Positions 54,401 through 64,000 of a DNA stretch of 64,000 nt are shown in pieces. Every line of letters begins with the position of its first letter. Within the stretch, counting starts at the first letter, position 1. Source of the DNA: Catajapyx aquilonaris (lineage: Eukaryota); the NCBI GenBank assembly GCA_000934665.2, contig JYFJ02000469.1:62001-126000 (forward strand), in the 5' to 3' direction. The position numbers and the translations under genes are program-made. Under the pieces are notes generated by a model. It was not told the DNA's origin and did no database searches. It saw only the letters and a list, made by a program, of their open reading frames with translations.

Positions 54401-55816
54401 GGACTAAAGTAATGTTTTTGCCAACAGGCCTGAAGATGTGCAGCATATCATCAGCGGAAAATTGGCACTAAAGTATGCTGGGAGGGACATTGAAGCGATG
54501 AAGGCAGTTGCACAGTCCAGTCACAAGAGGTCGCTGGCAGACTTCAACAAGGTCAGTACATTTGTGACAAGTTGCATTGGGGCAGTTTAGAAAATGTTGG
54601 ATTGTTTTCAGGCGGTGTCTGCCTACAAAGTTGAACTGGAGAACGACCCTATTGTGAAGGCTCACCTGCGCACTCTGTATGACAACATGCAGGAGCAGAA
54701 CCTCTGCCGCATCATTGAGCCTTACTCTAGAGTACAGGCAAGTAGTGCATTTCATCAACTCCCGAAAGCTGAGAAATGCTAGTGAACTCATTTTCCACTC
54801 ATATGCAAGTAGAACCATGCCCAGTGGGAAACTGGACTTTACTGTGGTTATGATTATTATACTTGTAAGGTCTCATCCATCCCGAAAGACTCGGACAATG
54901 TAATGCAATGAACCTTGATGCGTTTTTTTTTTTAATGAACCGGTGACAAGAAGTGGCATTTTCATCGTAAAAATTTGTACCTCCCCACTTGTTTAATAGT
55001 TGCCTTTTGCACATAGCCACTAGGCTCACATTTTTATCAGTGTTTAGTAAAAGTGATGTGAAGCACAAGTCAAGGCAAGAGCCACTTGTTCCAGCCAATA
55101 AGGCTTTGCAAGTGTCAATAATCGCACATTTCAGGATCAGACAAAATGCCAAGCAAGGGGTAGGGCATGACATTTGCACTGCAACCAATGCTTTAAAGAA
55201 GCAAACATGATATTTGTCTTCTAGGACTGCCCTTTGCAGACAGGTGCAATTATGTGCATTACAAAACGAAGCATCACATAATATTATCTGGAGAGCCAAA
55301 ATCCTTAATACCAACTAGGACAATATTTTGTCTTCTAATAATGCAAGGAACAGACGATCAAGAGCAAATGTGAAAACTGTTCCAAAGATCTTGTAGGTGT
55401 CAGCTGACTTGACAAACACACTGTGTAGGGCTTGTTAAAATTATGAATCTTTCCGTACCAAAACTCTCCTGTGCCTTACATTTTGCAATTGTGCTTGCTT
55501 ACACACTGGAAAAGATTTAGAAGTGACCATCATGATTATGGAGAATGCCTTGTGCATATGATAATGTATTGCACCATGTTCACAGGTGGCTCACATTGCA
55601 ACGTGCATCAACCTCCCGAAGGATCAGGTGGAAAAGAAGCTGTCCCAAATGATTCTGGACAAGAAGTTCCACGGGATTCTGGACCAGGGGGAAGGTGTCC
55701 TCATCGTGTTTGAGGACAAACCAGTGGACAAGACTTATGAGGCTGCCCTTGAGACCATCCAGAACATGGGGAAGGTGGTGGACACCCTTTACCAAAAAGT
55801 GAAGAAGCTGACGTAA
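51455..55816 (+). CDS. PSMD11: 26S proteasome non-ATPase regulatory subunit 11 (Rpn6), 422 aa; join(51455..51539,52598..52705,53687..54281,54428..54551,54612..54737,55586..55816)
   Basis: Recognisable Rpn6 sequence throughout ([67 protein letters not shown]...KKLT*). The exons sum to 1269 nt with phases consistent. Intron 5 has a GC donor. Confidence 0.95.
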
Positions 55817-56996
55817 CGTGCAATTTTCCCCTCCCTGCCCTCCTCTGATCCTCTGTAAACCAGTTTATCTCACTATTTTGGTTCATTATTTCTGCCCTTT
55901 AAATCCCAACATCCTGTGATGGTTTAAAAGCAGTGTATCAATTTGGCAGACCTGTCCAAACGGACAATAATTATGCACCATGCAACTGTAACTACCAAGT
56001 TAGATAAAAAAAAAGAGAGGACAAGCTAATTATCCTTGTTTTGGGTACCTCACTTATGTACAATACAAATTGAATCCAGTTATTTTTTTTTGGCTGTATC
56101 TGTGTATTTTGTGGTTTAATTGAAATCTGGGAGGCCAATTTTAAAAGCAGCTCAAGTGCCCGCCATGTGAGGAAAAGGAGCCTTTTTTTGTGCAAGAAAT
56201 TGGCCTTTCCTAGTGTTCTCTTAACACTCGTGACTTCTGAATGTTTGGTTTATTTCTTGTGTCAATATTTATGTATTTTTTTGGGTTTTTTTGATTAATT
56301 TAGGACTAAAAATTTGAGAGCATTGCCTTCCCCACAAGAATTTGAATTTTTGTAATTATTTATCAATTGGTAAGACCTTCCCTTCTACGCATTTCCAACT
56401 TGTAAAGAAATCTCAGCCAGTGTTTATTAGGCTGTAAAATCTCTTAGGCCATAACAACCTTCTGGTTTTCTTAAATTTTTTTTTGCTGATATCATGCATC
56501 AGGGTAAGGCGTAAAGATCTTTGCTGTGGCGCAGTGAGGCCGAGAGAGAACAAAGCAGAGTTTGTAGACTCCGATTTTTGGTTGGTCGGGTCGTGACTGC
56601 GGTTGAAAGTCTTGTAATTTCCAGTATTTACAATAAAACCAGCCTCGTTTGTTGATATGTTGTTGTCCTTATTTGCGGTCCTTTCCAGAAAAGATAAAAC
56701 TGCTTTTGCACAATGTTTCAGTGCAAAACCGTCTTAACGTGAGAAAGTTCATGGTCATAATTCACGTCGAGCAAATAAAAGTGCTGTAGTAAAGTTCGTG
56801 CACAAATTGTGCGAGTTCAGTCTTTTCTTTATTGTACTGTATGGCATCACATGATACACAGCCTTATTCCTCTCCGTATAATGTAATAAATTATCAAAAA
56901 AATTGATCAAAAATACTCTGAATAACATCTGATTCCTGTTATATAATCCAATTATCATTATGACTTTCACCTTCTGCGAGTTTCTTGCTAAACAAA

Positions 56997-59900
56997 TTAC
57001 AACCCTAAGCGTTTCAGACGCAGCCGGGTGCATTCCTCCACCGCAGGGTTGATGGAGAGCCGGACCCGGAAGAGGGCTTGCACTGGACACTTGCAGAGAG
57101 GGCAAGCGGACAGCTCCAAGCCACACCTCATCCCGAATCGGTGTGCGCAAGGCTGGAGTATCACACGCAGGTCCTCCTTCTTGCACACTGAGCATTTGTT
57201 CTCCTCTTCCTTGACTGCAACAGAATACGCAAGTTAAGCCACATTCATTATATGGCAGTGAAAACATGAACTATCATTCGCTTTCATCGCATACTGACTG
57301 GAGAAAGGGAATGATTGCACACGTTCATTACGGTGATATATGCGACTTACACTTACTACTTTTCGGACTGGTTTCAGTCGAAGATGGAGCATCCCCAGGA
57401 GTCTCCATCGACTGGCTGCTGAAATGGAAACGTAATATTAGGCCTGTAATGTTATAAAACAATAGGCTGACTCACCTGGCGTCATCCAGTTTCTCATTAT
57501 CTCCAGCCGCTTGCTCGTCAGCAATCACCTCACCTTCAGCCTCCTGATCTACTACCAGCTCTGTTGCCTCGCTCAGCTCCTCTGCAGCATCCACTTCCTC
57601 CGCCAGTTCTACTGCCAGTTCTTTTGCCTCGGCCAGATCCTTTTCTGCAGCCTCAACTTCCTCCCAATCTACCATGAGCAATGCCTTGGCCAGCTGCTCT
57701 GTAGCCTCAACATCCTCCCAATCTACCATGAGTATTGCCTTGGCCAGCTGCTCAGCAGCCTCAACTTCCTCTCGATCGACTGGAAGCGCTTTTGCCTCGA
57801 CCAGCTCCTCTGCAGTCTCCACTTCCTTTGCCAGTTCTTTTGCCTCGGCCAGCTCCTTTTCTGCAGCCTCACCTTCCTCCCGATCTACCATGAGCTTTGC
57901 CTCGGCTAGCTCCTCTGCAGCCTCCACTTCCTCCTGATCTACCGTTGGCTTTGCCTCGGCCAGCTCCTTCTGTGCAGCCTCCACTTCCTCCTGATCTACT
58001 GTGAGCTTTGCCTCGGCCAGCTGCTCTGCATTCTCCACTTCCTCCCGATCTACTGCCATATCTTTAACCTCAGCCAGCTCCTTCTGTGCAGCCTCCACTT
58101 CCTCCTGATCTACTGTGAGCTTTGCCTGGGCCAACTCCTCCTGTGCAGCCTCAACTTCCTCCCGATCTACCATGAGCTTTGCCTTGGCCAGCTCCTCTGC
58201 AGCCNNNCCGATCTACCATGAGCTTTATCTCGGCCAGCTCCTTCTCTGCAGCCTCCGCTTCCTCCTGAACTACTGCCAGCTCTTTTGCTTCAGCCAGCCT
58301 CTTCTCTGCAGCCTCCACTTCCTCCCGATCTACCATGAGCTTTATCTCGGCCAGCTCCTTCTCTGCAGCCTCCACTTCCTCCCGTTCCTCTTCATTCCAC
58401 AGCATCTCCGCCAGGGTAGCCGCGCAATCAAACATTCTTCTCTCCTCCTCCATCCTCTTCCTCACCACCTTTCTGACCAGATCCCGCTTGAACCCCATTC
58501 CTGCAACCTTCTTCACCATGTCTGACCTCAGCCACACCTCCAGGCCCACATCTGGCATTTTATACCTCCCTCGCACATCCTTCACAAACTGCGTACCTTG
58601 AATCATTGCGACAAAGGGGCAACGAAAGTAAAAGTAGGCATGATCCTTCCAGGGATTGTCCAATTCGTTCCAGTTGCGAAGACCGCCTCCACACCAGAAG
58701 CACTTCACGTGGTCGCCCAGCCGAGTGTAGAAGAACCCAGCTGCAGCTAGGGCTCTTGGTTTCTGAACCCTTTTCAGGGGCCAGTCACGAAAGGTGTCCA
58801 GACGGGACAGAATGTGGGTATAGCAGACAAAGCGAGGCTCCATGTGCTCTGGGGTTCTCACTACTGGAGGAGAAACATTGCTCCGGTATGGATAAACATC
58901 ATGAGTAACCTTCGCTGGAAGAGGGCAAATAGGCAAGTGTGAATTTTGAACAATTGAAAGCAATGGTAGGTACAAGCTCTTCAAAACCACTGCAGTTCCT
59001 TCCATAAGCTCACCTTTCTCCTCGGGTGTTTGCGGGTCAAGGGGTTGCACATGCTCATGCAGAAACTTCCGTTCAAATTCTGGATCCACGAGGTTGAAAA
59101 GCAGTGCGTCCCCATCCTTCAAGCCGTAACTCTTCAAGGTTTTCTTCATGTCCCTCAGCCGGATGGTGTTGTGAGTCAAATAAAAGTGTGAGGCTGGAAT
59201 GAGCGACTCCGCCTCAACATAAGTCATTAGCGTTTCGAGATCTAATCCCTCATTGACTTCCAGCGTGAATGAGATGTATCTCAGGTTGGTAATCAAGATC
59301 TTCATCAACGGTTTTTCTGCAAACGAAAAGGAAAATATTCTTTAAAGAAAACAGTGACAAAGAACCCGTACACATAAAGTACATTTTTGACATGCTCTCT
59401 TGTCCTCCATCTGGAAAATATGGATGGAATTTTCGTCCCACTGCTAGTTACTGCTAAATTAACAGTACCAAGTGTTGACAATGGTACTGTTACATTGATT
59501 ACTTGATACTAGTGTACGATGGACTTCAGTCTTGGTGTATGAAGGACTTCATAAGTGACTAACCCCTCGATACGTCTACAGTCATACTGAATCATAAATT
59601 ATGGGAATGTCTCTTTATTTTTGCCATCACCTGTTCCAGGGCCCAGACGTCCCGATTCAAACTGAAGCTCGTCTTCCTCCTCCTCCGAATAATCCCTGTT
59701 GCCGCACTCCCCGGTGACAAACGGGCACTTGGGAGCAGCCATCCTATGAGTCTCCATTGGGTCCTGCCCTTTGTCCCAGTCCCAGATGACATTGGAGCAA
59801 AAAGCGCATCTCACAAAGTCCTTCTGCTTCAAGTAAAAGAACCCTGCCCTGGCCAGTTCCTCAATTTCCATGTAGTCGTTAGGCCACCCTTCATACGTGC

Positions 59901-60451
59901 TGAGTCTTGTACACTCGTTCTTCAGCGGGTCGTACAGGGTCACCCACTTGCGGTGCTTGTCATGGGACATGTCGCAATCGGGCTGGCCACGACCAGGCGT
60001 ACACCTCTTAAGCACAGGCTTGTAAGGTTGTGACACTGTGTGAGGTTTTTCTTCTTCATCCTCTTCGTCCACTTCGTCCACTTCGTCCGGTCTTACTGAA
60101 GGCCAGCAGGGTATGCCGCTGCTCCTTGCAGTTTCCGCCCGCAGTTGAGACAGCATGTATGAAATTCGCATGGCCCCGTCATGCACATTGTAGGCCTCTT
60201 CATGCACATTGCGGGCCCCATCTAGGAGATCAGCCACACTGAGCCATTCCGGTCTTACGCACTCAGGAACAAGGAAGGTAGGTACTGGGGACACAGGCAC
60301 AAAGAAGCAAGGTCCTAGGAGCTCAGGATTGAACTCCATCCCTATGGAGAAGCAATTAATTAATTACAGGCCCCCCAAGTACTTTTGATGGTGATTATTT
60401 CTAAACACAAATGGTGCAAATCCTGAGCCTGTGATGGACAGTACCTTCCAT
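56997..60451 (-). CDS. Inhibitor-of-apoptosis (BIRC) family protein: BIR-UBL(DDI1-like)-BIR-UBA-acidic repeats-RING-like; exons (minus) 60451-60445, 60341-59631, 59316-59014, 58914-57476, 57418-57357, 57214-56997
   Basis: BIR1: RLSTYEGWP..LARAGFFY..VRCAFC..H..CPFV. BIR2: RLDTFRDWP..LAAAGFFY..VKCFWC..H..CPFV. UBA with the MGF motif; C-terminal CSVC..PCAH..C..CPLC. GT-AG introns with consistent phases. The frame cannot be followed across the NNN at 58205-58207. Confidence 0.85.
57510..58385 (-). repeat. Coding tandem repeat, ~60-66 nt units (VDREEVEAAEKELAEAKLM-like), about 13-14 copies
   Basis: Repeated gcagcctc(c/a)acttcctcc...gatctac... units on the plus strand; contains an NNN assembly gap at 58205-58207. 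Confidence 0.9.
59427..59520. mobile_element. Third copy of the palindromic MITE family, in IAP intron 2
   Basis: gaattttcgtcccactgctagttactgctaa...cagtacca...tggtactg; the right end is decayed. Confidence 0.65.
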
Positions 60452-61125
60452 CCTGAAGCAAGCAGACAAAGGAAATGTCAGTTGAAGCAGACAACAGCAG
60501 CGCCAGATGGTGAAACACGTGGGTCAGGCACACCGGGGGAAACAGCTCATTGCGACTGCGCTGGATTCGTACGGACCAATCAGAGGGCGAGATGAACATG
60601 TTCAGACCAATCAACACGAGCCAGATGTGCAACTGACATGTTTAAACTCTATTTAAAAACTTTGGCGCCATAATTTTTTTAATTGGATTTTAAAATTTAA
60701 CCCTAATTGGCCCCAACATTTACAACAAATACAAATTGATTGGTCAGCCTATGGGACGAGATTCATGGCACAACCTGTCTTTATTCATTGAGCAGTAATT
60801 GTGGTTAAGTGCACTGTTAAATAAACCACAAAATACAAAAAACATCACTACTGAGTCTCCCATGGAGCATCAATTTTGCTGCTAAAAAGCGTCACAAGAG
60901 CATTAAAAATTGATGCTCTTTTAAAGCTCTGCGGTTTAGTGTATGCAGGTTCAAGTGCGTGATTATTTTTCCTGGGCTTTTGGAGAGGTCTGGACCGGTG
61001 CTGGTCAATACATTTTACTTACAATTTACAAATACATTTACAACAAGTGTGCATGGAGAGCATGGTTAGACTGAATCGGATGCGTCATAAGTCACTAGCA
61101 TTTGCACAAACTCGCCGCCTACATC

Positions 61126-61278
61126 GTACTATTAACCGCAAAAGTAATGTCGCACTGTTCCGCAACTTGTTGTTTAGCATGGGTGTTGCCAAGTTACCGA
61201 TGTTAATGTGGCAATATTCCGGAATCCACAGCCAATGCTAAACAACAAGTGCGACACTACTTTTGCGGTTAGCAGTAC
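61126..61278. mobile_element. ~150 bp hairpin MITE
   Basis: gtactattaaccgcaaaagtaatgtcgcac / gtgcgacactacttttgcggttagcagtac, plus inner arms acttgttgtttagcat / atgctaaacaacaagt. Confidence 0.7.
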
Positions 61279-61471
61279 ATTAATTAGGTAATCGGGCAGG
61301 TGCCAGTTATTGGCAGGAAGCCATTACCAGCAGCCGCAAGTATGCTCGTTAATCTGCAACAAGTAGTCATTCTCACTGCGCTGAAACTGCAAGACTGGAA
61401 TAAACTCAATTTAAGCAAGCATCTTCACAGTGCGAGGGCACATTTCTAAGTGATTAAAAACTGCAGCTTAA

Positions 61472-61634
61472 GGTGCATTTACATGTGAGCGATTTGACAA
61501 GCAAAGCGGAGCGAAATCTTCGCCGAGGCTAAGTAACCCAAGTAACCAATATTGTTCAAAGTGAAAATCAGTATTGTTAATTTCAGTCTCGGTGAAGATT
61601 TCGTTCGTTCAAATAGCTGACATGTAAACGCACC
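61472..61634. mobile_element. 163 bp MITE flanked by TTAA on both sides (Kolobok- or Harbinger-like termini)
   Basis: TTAA|ggtgcatttacatgt...acatgtaaacgcacc|TTAA; inner arms cgaaatcttcgccgag / ctcggtgaagatttcg. Confidence 0.7.
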
Positions 61635-62924
61635 TTAAGGATAACTGTCATTGTACAGGTTACACAACGTCGCTTGCACTTAATTTGAAAGGATCGATGC
61701 TTTTTGGAGCACAAACACTTTATTTCACAAGTATAGCATGTTCACATGTCTGCCATGTAGGAAGGTAGGGAGGGACAAGCCAAAAGCAAAAAATGTACAG
61801 TTTTCTTTTAACCTCATAATTTTTTGGGTGGGGGTGGACAGGAGGAAGTGAAAAAACCACACTTGGTAAACTGTCTTGATTAAAGATTGGGAGGGAATAT
61901 AAGGAGAGACACATTGTGTTGTACACAAGGGGGGGGGCTTACAAATGATGAGTCCAATGGATGGGGCGGGGGGAAAAAACCAGTCTCTTCTTTCATGACA
62001 ACCTCAGAGCCACTTAGGTTTGAAATGATATGGAGAAATCATAACACCTTAAAAGGGCCTTCCGAAGCACGAAAAGAGGATGGCGGCCAATTTTTCCCGA
62101 TGCGTTAGAAAAACGAAGCCAACCAGGGGGCAAGCAATGAAAATGGGGCAATACTCCTTGGAAGTCCTTATGATTGGAAAGCAGAAAACTGAGTTGAAAA
62201 ATATGAAGAAGTGACACATATTATTAAGGGGGAAAAGGAAAAAAAAAAGGGCCTTCATTAATAAATAAACTGATCGATAAAATTGTCAAACACTCGGAAT
62301 GTGACTAAGTTCTTGGTTTTCTGTCCCACTCACTCTTTTTTAGCTTTCAAATGTGGCTTTCTCTGCAGAACTGTTATCAATTTTACTAAATTTGCTAGAA
62401 ACTCTACAAGTATGAAAAGCTAGAAACATTTTTTGTTTTATATTATATTATATATATATAGAGCGTGTCAGATTCCGACCAATGCATTTCTCTTTCTCGT
62501 TCGCACTCACCCAAAAGTAATACAAAAAAATGTCCAACCTAACGTCTTTAATAATAATTATGGATTCTGTATAATTATGTCTACAAAGGAACAAAAAGGC
62601 GACAGGGAAAAATAACTGTGGCTAATATGATGCTTTGACGGTGGTAATAGTGAACTTTGTCCAGCAGGAAAAAGGATATCATTATCGTCGCAGCCACCCC
62701 CAAAAATTTCTCTCCCAAACTTGCGGGAACCAGGGGGATTTATAGAACCCAAGAAACGCAACTTTTTCCAACACTACAACGATAATGATCACACGGTGGC
62801 AAAACACACCACCTGCTCAATTTAACCCCCTTTTTTTCTAAAAAGAAAAAAAAAATCATTCTGAAATCCCTTGATTTTTTTTTTTAATCGACCCCCTTTT
62901 TTTGAAAAAGTTTGGTCGCCCCCT

Positions 62925-63999
<1,075 letters not shown>

Positions 64000-64000
64000 G

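Noticed and set aside
58200..58210. Apparent frameshift suggesting an IAP pseudogene or programmed frameshift
   Set aside because: Coincides exactly with an NNN gap in a tandem repeat; most likely an assembly artefact.
57510..58385. Regularly spaced repeats as a CRISPR array
   Set aside because: Eukaryotic context, no unique spacers or cas genes; the units are in-frame coding repeats.

Overview
This is eukaryotic (metazoan, most likely arthropod) genomic DNA with spliceosomal introns. No rRNA, true tRNA, CRISPR or prokaryotic features are supported. Positions 1-39 kb are gene-poor and look CpG-normal; they hold one two-exon atypical class A GPCR (21143-22419, +), a nested ~670 bp palindrome (27771-28440) and scattered MITE-like hairpins. 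Positions 39-64 kb are a compact gene cluster. It contains an AKAP9/pericentrin-like coiled-coil gene (-, 9 traceable exons, no PACT domain visible), head-to-head with proteasome lid subunit Rpn6/PSMD11 (+, 6 exons, 422 aa, one GC-AG intron). Next is an unusual IAP gene (-), and then the 3' part of ARF1 (-, also with a GC-AG intron). The most novel-looking item is the IAP, with architecture BIR - DDI1-type ubiquitin-like domain - BIR - UBA - long acidic tandem repeat - degenerate RING. This resembles an IAP that has acquired a UBL/UBA proteasome-shuttle layout. All gene models were assembled by eye from splice signals and frame continuity; no searches were run.
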